Assembly: GCA_000175855.1 (NCBI GenBank)
Contig: ACYB01000022.1
Location: forward strand, 60,001 to 92,000
Direction of reading: 5' to 3'
Length of the DNA: 32,000 nt
Origin: Raphidiopsis brookii D9
GTDB lineage: Bacteria; Cyanobacteriota; Cyanobacteriia; Cyanobacteriales; Nostocaceae
Part shown: positions 1 to 9,370 of the stretch, one piece after another
Layout of the letters: each line of letters starts with the position of its first letter
Position numbering within the stretch: position 1 is the first letter of the stretch
Translations under genes and position numbers: made by a program
Notes under the pieces: model-generated
Told to the model about the DNA's origin: nothing
Database searches by the model: none
Seen by the model: only the letters and a program-made list of their open reading frames with translations

Positions 1-1236
1 TTACGAGTTTTAATCGGTACAGCTTTGTGGTGCGGATTAGAAAGTTGGTGGAGTACAGGTTCCCTATGGTGGAGTTCTTTATCTTACACACAGTCACCGT
101 ACAATTTAGCACTTTTGCATTTGGGGCAACTTTCCGGTCCTAATACTATTACAGCAGTAATTGTAGCTGTTAATGGACTAATAGGTGAAGCATGGATATG
201 GCAAAATCAGAAAAAACGAGAAGTAATCAGTACAGGCAAACAGTTAAAGGGAGTTACTAGGTTTAATAAAGTAGTAATAGGGGTGATTAATAGATATTCT
301 ATTTCAGGACTTGTTTTATTAATTGTCTCCCATATTTTAGGATCAATTCTATATTTCCAGCCATATTCTCAACCACTGAATAATCGGCAAAATTCGGGTT
401 TAAAAATAGGGATTATTCAGGGTAACATTCCCAATGAAATCAAATTGCTTCCCCTAGGATTTACCAGAGCAATTACAGGTTATACTAATGGTTATATCAA
501 CCTAGCAAATCAAGGAGTAGACGGAGTATTAACCCCTGAAGGTGCTTTACCATTATACGATAAGAATTTGTCTAATACACCTCTGTTGGATGCAGTTAAA
601 CAAAAAGGAGTGGTGGTTTGGATAGGGGGTTTTGGAAGAACTGGAACCAGCTACACCAACAGTTTATTTAATATCAATAGTCAGGGACAAATTACCAGTA
701 GATATGATAAATCTAAACTAGTTCCCTTGGGTGAATTTGTACCTTTTGCCGAGATTTTTGGCAATTTAGTCAAGAGACTATCACCTCTGGATGAACACCA
801 AATACATGGCGCTAAACAACAAGTTTTTGATACTCCATTAGGTAGAGCAATTGTTGGCATTTGTTACGAATCTGCTTTTACAGAAATATTTAGATACCAA
901 GCTAAGAATGGGGGAGAATTCATTTTAAGTTCATCCAATGATGCTCATTACACAGCAGCAATGGCGGATCAACACCATGCCCAAGATATAATGAGAGCAA
1001 TTGAAACAGATAGGTGGGCAGTTAGGTCTACCAACACAGGTTATTCAGCCTTTGTGGACCCCCATGGTAGAACCTTATGGAAGTCGGGATATAATGTTTA
1101 TGAAACTCATGCAGAAACTATTTATCCACTTCAAACCCAAACCTTGTATGTGCGATTCGGTGACTGGATTATGCCCTTACTACTAGTGTTAGCAGCACTG
1201 GGACTTATATATAAGTCCTTAGTTCAAATTTTATAA
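1..1236 (+). CDS. lnt: Apolipoprotein N-acyltransferase (Lnt), 5'-truncated by the window edge
   Basis: Frame 1 is open from base 1; the track ORF at 25 begins at an internal TTG. The C-terminal CN-hydrolase domain shows Glu/Lys/Cys triad contexts LTPEGALP, YDKSKLVPLGEFVP and GICYESAF. The N-terminal part is hydrophobic. Confidence 0.85.
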   Translation, partial: LRVLIGTALWCGLESWWSTGSLWWSSLSYTQSPYNLALLHLGQLSGPNTITAVIVAVNGLIGEAWIWQNQKKREVISTGKQLKGVTRFNKVVIGVINRYSISGLVLLIVSHILGSILYFQPYSQPLNNRQNSGLKIGIIQGNIPNEIKLLPLGFTRAITGYTNGYINLANQGVDGVLTPEGALPLYDKNLSNTPLLDAVKQKGVVVWIGGFGRTGTSYTNSLFNINSQGQITSRYDKSKLVPLGEFVPFAEIFGNLVKRLSPLDEHQIHGAKQQVFDTPLGRAIVGICYESAFTEIFRYQAKNGGEFILSSSNDAHYTAAMADQHHAQDIMRAIETDRWAVRSTNTGYSAFVDPHGRTLWKSGYNVYETHAETIYPLQTQTLYVRFGDWIMPLLLVLAALGLIYKSLVQIL

Positions 1237-1261
1237 TAGTGTTGTAATTACGCTTTGCATA

Positions 1262-1999
1262 CTAACTACTTAAAGCCTTAATAAATCTTTGTAAGCTTTT
1301 AAACACACTGGTTCTTTTGCTTGTTACAATCCCGGTTTCCGGTTGTCCCTTGATTAAAATTGAGTCTATCTCATCTCCAGAAGGTTTTTGAGGTAGTTCG
1401 GCAATTTTTCGGTACTCACCATCGGTTTCTAACCATATTTCCCAGTTTCCGGGATAGGAACGCATGAGGGCGCTTTGTTCATCAATAGGACGTAGATAAT
1501 AGCAAGATTCAATGGTACTAATAAAACGCCTGCGGGTTTCCCGTGCAGCATAACCAATACCCACCACACTAGAGTCTTCCAACCGGGGATTTAACATCAC
1601 AAAAGGACGTTCACCAATGATTTGACAGAGTTTTTCCAATTGAGCTACTTCCACCGAGGTGGGAGCTATGAACAGGAAAATCTCATCCTCTGGTTGAATT
1701 TTTGATTCTGAAGAAGCAGCTCTTCCCGTACCGATATCCATAATTTTGAAGGGTATATCACCCCAATCTCGACGAGCTAAAGCAGCAGCACCCGCATCAG
1801 CAAAAAAGACCTTGAGACCAGATTCATATTCGGTAAATAGGGGGAGAAATTGTTCAGCGACTGGCATAAATTGCAGTTCTGGGAAAAGCAACTCTACCTG
1901 TATTCGCGTTTTACCATCAGACAAAGCCGATTTTGCCGCTGCACGGGATTGGGCAATTGCTTCTTCTAGGGTTTTGGGTAGTTCAGTCAAGGTAGCCAT
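1262..1999 (-). CDS. Conserved cyanobacterial/plastid-type protein, DUF1995-like
   Basis: 245-aa ORF with an ATG start. The N-terminus (LPKTLEEAIAQSRAAAKSALSDGKTRIQVELLFPEL) matches my memory of the DUF1995 family. The family name was not verified by search. Confidence 0.65.
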   Translation of the reverse strand: MATLTELPKTLEEAIAQSRAAAKSALSDGKTRIQVELLFPELQFMPVAEQFLPLFTEYESGLKVFFADAGAAALARRDWGDIPFKIMDIGTGRAASSESKIQPEDEIFLFIAPTSVEVAQLEKLCQIIGERPFVMLNPRLEDSSVVGIGYAARETRRRFISTIESCYYLRPIDEQSALMRSYPGNWEIWLETDGEYRKIAELPQKPSGDEIDSILIKGQPETGIVTSKRTSVFKSLQRFIKALSS

Positions 2000-2108
2000 G
2001 ATCTTCTAGTATAACTCCAGGATGAAGATCCAGAAACATTTATTGTGCTGGTTGATTATTATAGATTATATACTAGTCTGGTGAGAAACAAATTTTCAAC
2101 CAGCGATT

Positions 2109-3227
2109 ATGACCAGTCTTTTTGATCCCCTCACCTTGGGTGAACTAAATATCCCTAATCGGATAATTATGGCTCCACTAACCAGGATGCGCAGTCACCA
2201 ACCAGGTAACATCCCCACCGCACTAAATGCCACTTACTATCAACAACGAGCCAGTGCGGGTCTGATAATCAGCGAAGCAACCCAGATCATCCCGGAGGGT
2301 CAAGGATACCCTGCTACTCCTGGAATCCACAGTCATGAACAAATTAATGGCTGGTCACTGGTAACAAAAGCTGTTCATGAAAGGGGGGGAAGAATCTTCC
2401 TCCAATTATGGCATGTGGGCAGAATTTCCCACTCTTCCTTTCAACCAGACGGTCAAGCTCCCTGGGCACCTTCCTCTATTACTCCCCAAGGCAATACTTT
2501 AACCAGTGCTGGCAAGCAAGTTCCTTTTGAAACACCTCGCTCTCTCAGTGGCACTCAAATTGCCCATCTTTTGGATCAATACGAGCTTGCTGCTGAGCAA
2601 GCTCAACGAGCAGGTTTTGATGGTGTGGAAATTCATGGTGCTAATGGTTACTTACTTGATCAGTTCCTCCAAGATGGCAGTAATCAACGTGTGGATATCT
2701 ATGGTGGGTCGGTAGAAAATAGAGCCAGATTACTTTTTGAGGTGATTGAAAGATGTGTCAAAATCTGGGGTAAAGGTAGGGTGGGAGTACGTCTATCTCC
2801 CTATGGCACTTTCAACGATATGAAGGACAGCGATCCTGTAAATCTTTTCCGCTATGTTGTTGAGGGGATTTGCAATGTGGGTCTTGCTTATATTCATTTA
2901 ATCGAACCACGTTCTACTAGTGCTGGTGGTAGTGATAAAACTGATGAAAGTGCGCTCAGCACCGCTGTTCTATTTGGTCCAATTATCCAAGCTGGTTCTC
3001 TAGGTACAAAGCTAATATCGGCGGGCGGTTATAATCGTGAAGAAGCTCTATTGGCAATTGCAGAGCATAAAACTGATGCGGTAGCATTTGGCAGGTTGTA
3101 TATTTCTAACCCTGATTTAGTTGAACGTTTGAGAGAAAACCACCCCCTAACTCCCTACGAGCGAGCAACTTTTTATGGAGGTGGAGAAAAAGGTTATACT
3201 GATTACTCAATATTTTCACTGGGGTAA
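2109..3227 (+). CDS. Old Yellow Enzyme family NADH:flavin oxidoreductase / alkene reductase
   Basis: 372 aa. OYE hallmarks are present: MAPLTRMR, QLWHVGR, HGANGYLLDQFLQDGSNQR, FGRLYISNPDL. Confidence 0.9.
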   Translation: MTSLFDPLTLGELNIPNRIIMAPLTRMRSHQPGNIPTALNATYYQQRASAGLIISEATQIIPEGQGYPATPGIHSHEQINGWSLVTKAVHERGGRIFLQLWHVGRISHSSFQPDGQAPWAPSSITPQGNTLTSAGKQVPFETPRSLSGTQIAHLLDQYELAAEQAQRAGFDGVEIHGANGYLLDQFLQDGSNQRVDIYGGSVENRARLLFEVIERCVKIWGKGRVGVRLSPYGTFNDMKDSDPVNLFRYVVEGICNVGLAYIHLIEPRSTSAGGSDKTDESALSTAVLFGPIIQAGSLGTKLISAGGYNREEALLAIAEHKTDAVAFGRLYISNPDLVERLRENHPLTPYERATFYGGGEKGYTDYSIFSLG

Positions 3228-3317
3228 AGATATGTAAATGTTAAAAAAATAAAGACACTGTTGGTGTCAGTCTCAAGGTTATACAATCTGTAGATGGAAT
3301 TGATCTAATCACTCACC

Positions 3318-4166
3318 ATGAAAAAACTGTTCACTAGGAAAAATCGGCAACAAGTATTTTTGACGGGTTTAATTCTCTTTGCTGTGTTAGTTTTTGGATG
3401 GCGACCAGAGGTATTGGCTCAAACAGCAACGCCCACAAATGTTTATGAATATCTCCTGCAATACCAACCAGAAACTTATGATCTCTTGAAAAAACAATTA
3501 GATAGTGCGATTGAAGACGCAAAACAACCCCTCGCGGAGGAGGTGGTTAGTGATCTGTGGGCCCTATCCCCCAATAATCCTCAAATTAAATGGAGGGAGA
3601 ATAATGGTAAAATCGAGTATCTCATGTCTAGTTGGAGATATGTAGCTAATCCTGCTGTGGATTGGCCAGTAGGGGCTAAAAAACAACTGACCTATCAAAC
3701 CTGGGTTACAGCAGTACCTCAGGTAAAGGAGTTTTGTCAGAAATATCAACCCACCGAACCACCTATTCCAGACAACATTGAGCTTTCTCTCAGACTACAA
3801 CAGTATTTGGGACTGGTTTTAAATAAGTATTCCAGTAAAACTCATTTTGTGGAAATGTGGGTGAAAGCAGAAGATTTAATTCGACCATGTATTGATCAGG
3901 AAATTAACGATACCAGTTGTCATCTTTTACCCCTACCAGTACCTGATAATAGTCCTGTAATCAAGGCCATCTATACCAATTCCTACAGCAATGCTAAAAA
4001 GGAATATTATCCTTGGTCCGGTCTGGGTTATACATACGATTGGGGTAATCCTCAAAAACCACATGTAGGTCCTAGCGAGTTTATTATTAACCCAACAGTG
4101 GAAAAACCTGTCGAGGTGGAAGTGGTTTCCGTCACTTCTACTCAGGAATACTGCCATATTAAATAA
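3318..4166 (+). CDS. Secreted hypothetical protein
   Basis: 282-aa ORF. It has an N-terminal signal-peptide-like segment (basic n-region, hydrophobic LTGLILFAVLVFG, then VLA-QT). I recognise no family. Confidence 0.65.
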   Translation: MKKLFTRKNRQQVFLTGLILFAVLVFGWRPEVLAQTATPTNVYEYLLQYQPETYDLLKKQLDSAIEDAKQPLAEEVVSDLWALSPNNPQIKWRENNGKIEYLMSSWRYVANPAVDWPVGAKKQLTYQTWVTAVPQVKEFCQKYQPTEPPIPDNIELSLRLQQYLGLVLNKYSSKTHFVEMWVKAEDLIRPCIDQEINDTSCHLLPLPVPDNSPVIKAIYTNSYSNAKKEYYPWSGLGYTYDWGNPQKPHVGPSEFIINPTVEKPVEVEVVSVTSTQEYCHIK

Positions 4167-4173
4167 TCGAACT

Positions 4174-4198
4174 TCCCCCAATAAATCGGGGGATTTCT
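4174..4198 (+). terminator. Putative intrinsic terminator after the secreted-protein gene
   Basis: TCCCCC (4174-4179) pairs with GGGGGA (4188-4193) across an 8-nt loop, followed by TTTCT. It starts 8 nt after the stop codon. Confidence 0.35.
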
Positions 4199-4297
4199 GG
4201 TGACCCTAACCCCACTTTTACTCATCAATCCTTTCTATAGCGTTCTGGCTAAAGCTATAATATTAAGAATAATTTACATTTCTTAACTGTTGGAAAT

Positions 4298-5809
4298 ATG
4301 GCGCGAGATTTACGGGGATTTATAAAAATTCTGGAAGAAAGAGGACAATTAAAGCGGATTTCCGCATTAGTCAACCCAGATATGGAGATCGCAGAAATTG
4401 CTAATCGCATGCTGCAAAAAGGAGGACCAGGTCTATTATTTGAAAATGTCAAGGGCGCTTCTTTCCCCGTAGCAGTAAATTTGATGGGCACTGTGGAGCG
4501 AATTTGCTGGGCTATGAATATGCAACACCCAGAGGAATTGGAAAGTTTGGGGAAAAAGTTAAGCATGCTTCAACAACCTAAACCCCCTAAAAATCTTTCC
4601 CAAGCTATAGATTTTGGTAAGGTGCTGTTTGATGTTCTTAAGGCCAAACCAGGAAGAGATTTTTTCCCCCCTTGTCAACAGGTGGTTGTGGAAGGTGGAG
4701 ATTTAAATTTAAATAAGTTACCTTTGATACGTCCTTATCCCGGAGATGCTGGTAAGATTATTACTTTAGGATTGGTAATTACTAAGGATTGTGTCACGGG
4801 TACTCCTAATGTAGGTGTGTATCGTTTACAGCTACAGTCTGCCCAAACCATGACCGTACACTGGTTATCAGTTCGGGGCGGAGCTAGACACTTACGTAAA
4901 GCTGCTGAACGAGGTAAAAAGCTGGAGGTAGCTATTGCCCTAGGTGTGGATCCCCTAATAATTATGGCAGCAGCTACTCCTATTCCTGTGGATTTATCGG
5001 AGTGGTTGTTTGCAGGGTTATACGGGGGTTCTGGAGTGCCATTGGCCAAGTGTAAGACAGTGGATCTGGAAGTGCCTGCGGACTCTGAGTTTGTGTTAGA
5101 GGGCACTATCACTCCCGGGGAGGTGTTACCTGATGGACCCTTTGGTGATCACATGGGGTATTATGGTGGTGTGGAGGACTCCCCCTTGATTAGGTTCGGG
5201 TGTATGACACATCGTCGGGAAGCAATTTACTTGACCACTTTTAGCGGTCGTCCGCCCAAAGAGGAGGCCATGATGGCGATCGCCCTGAATCGCATTTACA
5301 CGCCCATTTTAAGGCAACAGGTGACGGAAATAGTTGATTTCTTTCTCCCTATGGAGGCCTTGAGTTATAAGGCGGCGATTATTTCTATAGACAAAGCTTA
5401 CCCGGGACAAGCCAGAAGAGCAGCTTTAGCATTTTGGAGTGCCTTACCCCAATTCACATACACGAAGTTTGTAATTGTTGTAGACAAGAATATCAATATT
5501 CGGGATCCACGTCAAGTGGTTTGGGCAATTAGTTCTAAAGTTGATCCATCTAGGGACGTATTTATATTGCCCAACACACCCTTTGATACTCTGGACTTTG
5601 CCAGTGAGAAACTAGGACTAGGGGGTAGAATGGGGATAGACGCGACGACCAAAATTCCTCCAGAAACTGAACACGAATGGGGAGAAGCTTTAGAATCTGA
5701 TCCTAACATTGCTGCTTTGGTAGATAGACGCTGGACAGAATACGGGTTAGCCAACTTAAATTTAGGAGAAGTCAACCCCAATCTATTTGGGTATGACATC
5801 TCTAAATAG
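4298..5809 (+). CDS. ubiD: UbiD family (prenylated-FMN dependent) aromatic decarboxylase, likely the prenyl-hydroxybenzoate decarboxylase of quinone biosynthesis
   Basis: 503 aa. The N-terminus is typical of UbiD (MARDLRGFIKILEERGQLKRI...GPGLLFENVKG), and length and architecture fit the family. Confidence 0.88.
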   Translation: MARDLRGFIKILEERGQLKRISALVNPDMEIAEIANRMLQKGGPGLLFENVKGASFPVAVNLMGTVERICWAMNMQHPEELESLGKKLSMLQQPKPPKNLSQAIDFGKVLFDVLKAKPGRDFFPPCQQVVVEGGDLNLNKLPLIRPYPGDAGKIITLGLVITKDCVTGTPNVGVYRLQLQSAQTMTVHWLSVRGGARHLRKAAERGKKLEVAIALGVDPLIIMAAATPIPVDLSEWLFAGLYGGSGVPLAKCKTVDLEVPADSEFVLEGTITPGEVLPDGPFGDHMGYYGGVEDSPLIRFGCMTHRREAIYLTTFSGRPPKEEAMMAIALNRIYTPILRQQVTEIVDFFLPMEALSYKAAIISIDKAYPGQARRAALAFWSALPQFTYTKFVIVVDKNINIRDPRQVVWAISSKVDPSRDVFILPNTPFDTLDFASEKLGLGGRMGIDATTKIPPETEHEWGEALESDPNIAALVDRRWTEYGLANLNLGEVNPNLFGYDISK

Positions 5810-5832
5810 CTGTTGGATCAAGAGGTCTTTTG

Positions 5833-6849
5833 TTATGGCAAGCTCCAAATATCTCTAGGAAGTAGGTTGGCATTCCAGGTGTAAAACCCAACTTTATTGG
5901 GAACCCTAGAAAATCTACCCGTGCGATGACCTCTGGATAATTCGTTGAGAGTCTTATTTTTGATCCGGGCAATTTGCTGATCGTCAAGGTTACCATAAAT
6001 TCCCTGGATCACTTCATTTACTGTAAAGATCTGACCTCGATGTTGTTCTAAGAACAAACTGATAGCATCAACAACAAACTGACCCTCAAACTGTTTCAGC
6101 AGTGGTATGATGGTGCTGGGTGATGCGATTGTGGTAACAGACTTTTTCTTTTTGGTATGACTTGCTGAAGATGAACTAGGACGGCTATACTCCAATAGAT
6201 TTAGTGCCAAAGTGTAACAACCAGGTTCATTAGGAACCCCATACCAATCACCCTTTTCCCTACCTTGGGTTAAAGAAGATTGCAGTCTACCTTTAACAAT
6301 TCTCAAGACTGCAGGTTCCAAATTGCCATAGAGCGATCGCAAAATGAAATCTATATGACAAGCAGTTCCAGCATGCTCATCGAAAAAAAGTCTTAAAGCT
6401 TCCATTCTATTTAGAGATTTGTACTGAGCGATCATAGGAACTTCCTCCCCCCTTCCTAAAGAACTTGTGGGGTTCCTCTGAAGGGGGATAACCGTTGGGT
6501 TTATTGCATCTGTATTTAGCTCAGGTGTTTCCGGAGATACTTCCTTTTGCGCCAGGTCTAAGTTCTTATGTTCTAGACTCTTAGATGTGAAGGACTCTAA
6601 AGTGGATTGGTGATTCGATGCTAAAAATAGCTGAGAACTGACTTGGTCGTTTCCTAACTCCGAAATAGGTTCATGATCTTCAGAATAGGACCATGAAGAT
6701 AATAAAGCTTCCACATGATCCAATTGCGATCGCGCTTCAATAAACAATTGCTGGTACTTCTGTACCAAACTGGCATAGTAGTTTCGTAATTCCAGTAATG
6801 GAATAATAAATGCTTCTGAGGGAGGTTTTAATTGTTCTGGAGAGGTCAT
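5833..6849 (-). CDS. Hypothetical protein with an N-terminal helix, low-complexity linker and two tandem ~83-aa winged-helix-like repeats
   Basis: 338-aa ORF. Residues 137-219 and 248-330 align without gaps at about 24/83 identities (shared ...LF..H.G...YGNL...G...G...VPN..G.YT...NLL). The ATG lies 10 nt after the upstream ORF stop. Confidence 0.7.
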   Translation of the reverse strand: MTSPEQLKPPSEAFIIPLLELRNYYASLVQKYQQLFIEARSQLDHVEALLSSWSYSEDHEPISELGNDQVSSQLFLASNHQSTLESFTSKSLEHKNLDLAQKEVSPETPELNTDAINPTVIPLQRNPTSSLGRGEEVPMIAQYKSLNRMEALRLFFDEHAGTACHIDFILRSLYGNLEPAVLRIVKGRLQSSLTQGREKGDWYGVPNEPGCYTLALNLLEYSRPSSSSASHTKKKKSVTTIASPSTIIPLLKQFEGQFVVDAISLFLEQHRGQIFTVNEVIQGIYGNLDDQQIARIKNKTLNELSRGHRTGRFSRVPNKVGFYTWNANLLPRDIWSLP

Positions 6850-6859
6850 ATTACCGCAA

Positions 6860-7105
6860 TCATTCTAGGGTGACATCGCTTTCATAATTCATAACACGGG
6901 GTTTTGCCTTTTTGGAATTACCAAGGGATTTTTTTGGTGGTTGTGGAGGACGACAAGTTTCACAGTAGAGAGGTCTTGGTCCAAAAGTTTCCCGTTTTGT
7001 TGTCTGATTACACTCCTTACAGACAAAGTTAAAAATTCGGGTATGAACCTGTCTTTGATGGGCTCTGACAGTATATTCTCTCACTTGGATAATTTTGGTA
7101 GCCAT
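6860..7105 (-). CDS. Small zinc-ribbon protein with a basic Pro/Lys-rich tail
   Basis: 81-aa ORF with CxxC-x15-CxxC (C29, C32, C48, C51). It sits immediately upstream of, and on the same strand as, the 338-aa ORF. Confidence 0.6.
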   Translation of the reverse strand: MATKIIQVREYTVRAHQRQVHTRIFNFVCKECNQTTKRETFGPRPLYCETCRPPQPPKKSLGNSKKAKPRVMNYESDVTLE

Positions 7106-7622
7106 AAATAAGAAACGTTCAATTGTTCAGTACTCCTAATATAGCTATTCAAGCAAACAAAGTTATTTCAGTGTTTGTTTTTCCACAAGTTTTTTTGAAA
7201 TCCTTAAAATATAGCTTTATCCAGGGGGATTAGGACAGGTTTGATGGTTGCTGGGTAAGGGTTCTAGCTCGCCTCCACCCGATTACAAGTGCCTAGGGCT
7301 GTAAAATTGATTAGACTGTATAAATAAACTCTCCAAAATATCAGATATTTAACTAATGTCAATCCACCCTATTTTGATATTTCTCTTTTAATATATAAGC
7401 TACTTGAGCAAAAACAGTAAATCTTTGTCAATCTCGAACCTCAGGTTTTTCACTTATCGTTGTATGTAATCTGATTACCTATATTACAAGTACAAAACTT
7501 TGCATAAAGTTAATAGTTATTAGGTTATTAACTAGAGTCATCAATATCCATCATATACCCACTGCGATCACTATTATCAGACCCCATGTCCAAGTTTTTA
7601 AAAATCATTGGGACACCAGTCC

Positions 7623-7660
7623 ATCAGAAGTCAGACAGTGATTAACCACTGACTTCTGAT
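7623..7660 (-). terminator. Strong hairpin just downstream of hspA, a probable terminator
   Basis: Perfect 12-bp inverted repeat: ATCAGAAGTCAG (7623-7634) and CTGACTTCTGAT (7649-7660), with a 14-nt loop. It lies 18 nt beyond the hspA stop. No clean U-tract follows. Confidence 0.55.
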
Positions 7661-7677
7661 AGTTAATTGTTCAATAA

Positions 7678-8172
7678 CTAACCAAGATTAACCTTGACAG
7701 CTTTTTGTTTTTCCGCTTCTGTTTTAGGCAAGTTCAATCGGAGGATACCATCCTTATATTCGGCCTTAACTTCCTGATTTTTCACTGTTGAAGGCAATGG
7801 AATGACTCGCTGAAACTTACCGTAACGAAACTCAGAACGAGTATAACCCTCCCTTTCGGTAGTAGTTTCTGATTTTCTTTCTCCAGTAATAGAAACCGCT
7901 TCGGGTGTTACTTCCACAGTTACATCCTTAGCTGTCAATCCGGGTAATTCCACTCTGAGTTTAAAAGCCTCCTCCGTTTCTTCTAGTTCAGCTGAGGGGA
8001 TAAAAGTTAACCCAGCTCTTTCACCTCCATCAGTGGGTAACATTCTTTCAAATAAACGACCCATTCGTCGTTGTAGGGTCTCAATTTCCCGGAAGGGATC
8101 CCAGCGTTCCAGATCACGGAAGGGTTCTAAACGTTCAATATCACGGATGGGATCCCAACGAACTAATGCCAT
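7678..8172 (-). CDS. hspA: Small heat shock protein, Hsp20/alpha-crystallin family
   Basis: An alpha-crystallin domain is present (FKLRVELPGLTAKDVTVEV...GILRLNLPK). I chose the second ATG (8172) because GGAG lies 6 nt upstream of it, whereas it abuts the first ATG (8178). Confidence 0.9.
   Translation of the reverse strand: MALVRWDPIRDIERLEPFRDLERWDPFREIETLQRRMGRLFERMLPTDGGERAGLTFIPSAELEETEEAFKLRVELPGLTAKDVTVEVTPEAVSITGERKSETTTEREGYTRSEFRYGKFQRVIPLPSTVKNQEVKAEYKDGILRLNLPKTEAEKQKAVKVNLG
8083..8163 (-). repeat. Three tandem 27-nt (9-codon) repeats inside the hspA 5' coding region
   Basis: The units are 8137-8163, 8110-8136 and 8083-8109. They encode VRWDPIRDI / ERLEPFRDL / ERWDPFREI. Units 1 and 3 match at 21/27 nt. 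Confidence 0.75.
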
Positions 8173-8451
8173 AACCATCTCCTATACAATGTCGATTTGG
8201 ATTGTGGATGCTGAAACTCAAGCTTCACGTTCAACAATTAACAAATGGCAAAACCGGCATATTTCTGGATATTCTTGGTATCCCTAACTTTGTGAAACTA
8301 GGTCTTTTTGCTTCCTACTCTAACAGTAACACAAAATAATAAATTGGAGAGGTTCGGTTTTGTAGTTATCCAGTCGAAATAGCCGTACCTGATTGATGAT
8401 TCTTCCATGATACTAGACTGCTCATTTTATCATCAATTTAATGACCAAAAT

Positions 8452-9219
8452 CTATCCTATGTGAGTTGTTAAATTTTGAGATATATATTCTAGAAGTAGC
8501 TCTTGATGGGAGCGAATAAAAAAGTGATTACCTGGCAAAGTATAACAAGAGAACTCCCCATTAGTATGTTCCTTCCAACCGACTAAATCGTCATGATTTA
8601 CCGTGGTATCCTCTGAACCACCAAACACAGTAATAGGAAAATCAAAAGGTGGTTCAACTTTATAGATATAAGTGTCTAAAACTTCAAAATCAGCTCGGAG
8701 AATAGGCAAAAATAATTCCCTCATTTCTGGGTTCTTGAATACTTCATCAGGGGTGCCATTATACTTAGCAATTTTCTCCAAAAACTCCCCATCAGGTAGA
8801 TGATAAATCCGCTCGTCCCTACTGTGATTTTGGGGGGCATTGCGAGCTGATATAAATAGATGTAATGGAGTTTTATATTCCAGACCATATTCTGAGCGCA
8901 ATAACCGAGCCAATTCAAAACCAACTAATCCTCCCATACTATGACCAAAAATAGCAAAAGGCCTATCCAACAATGGCAAAATATGCTCAGCTATTGCTCG
9001 GACCAAAAGTTCCATTTTTCTAAAGGGAGGATATTTTACTCTTCCTCTTCCAGGTAATTCTACACTACGTATTTCCACAGTAGAAGGTAAATTTTTAGAC
9101 CATTGATAAAATACACTCGCACGGGCACCAGCATAGGGCAAACAAAATAAACGTAACTGTGGCTCTGAATGGGGCTGAGAGCTATCTGTTTTAGAATTAA
9201 ACTTGATTAAATAAACCAT
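8452..9219 (-). CDS. Type II thioesterase (stand-alone TE of the NRPS/PKS editing type)
   Basis: 255 aa. It has LFCLPYAGA near the N-terminus, the GHSMGG nucleophile elbow and a C-terminal PGNHFF motif. Confidence 0.85.
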   Translation of the reverse strand: MVYLIKFNSKTDSSQPHSEPQLRLFCLPYAGARASVFYQWSKNLPSTVEIRSVELPGRGRVKYPPFRKMELLVRAIAEHILPLLDRPFAIFGHSMGGLVGFELARLLRSEYGLEYKTPLHLFISARNAPQNHSRDERIYHLPDGEFLEKIAKYNGTPDEVFKNPEMRELFLPILRADFEVLDTYIYKVEPPFDFPITVFGGSEDTTVNHDDLVGWKEHTNGEFSCYTLPGNHFFIRSHQELLLEYISQNLTTHIG

Positions 9220-9370
9220 AACATAAAATAGTCAGAGGGGTTAGGTGAGAAACTGGGTGAAAGTTCAAGATTTGTTGCAACTCTTAATGTTTGTTTGCCC
9301 TTTTAGGGACTAGATTTTGATAGAGTAGATGTTATACAAATGTCATTATTATCCTTAATTGAAAATTAAG

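Noticed and set aside
7106-7622. A 517-bp AT-rich non-coding stretch between the zinc-ribbon gene start and the hspA terminator. I examined it for tRNA, sRNA or small-protein genes. It includes a CAAACA...TGTTTG stem with a T5 tract near 7155-7190 and ORFs of 11 to 26 codons.
   Set aside because: It has no tRNA-like conserved boxes. The stems are 6 bp or shorter, and the mini-ORFs lack ribosome-binding sites and recognisable sequence. Most simply it is the promoter region of the 6860-7105 operon.
8173-8260. RNA-thermometer-type hairpin masking the hspA Shine-Dalgarno, as described for Synechocystis hsp17.
   Set aside because: By hand I could only build interrupted pairings with bulges between the AGGAG region and upstream CAUCC/AAUCC segments. 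No convincing continuous stem emerged. This needs a folding program.
9354-9370. Hairpin CTTAATT-gaa-AATTAAG abutting the acsF start codon.
   Set aside because: The stem is 7 bp of A/T only and would be very unstable. It is likely a coincidence of AT-rich sequence.
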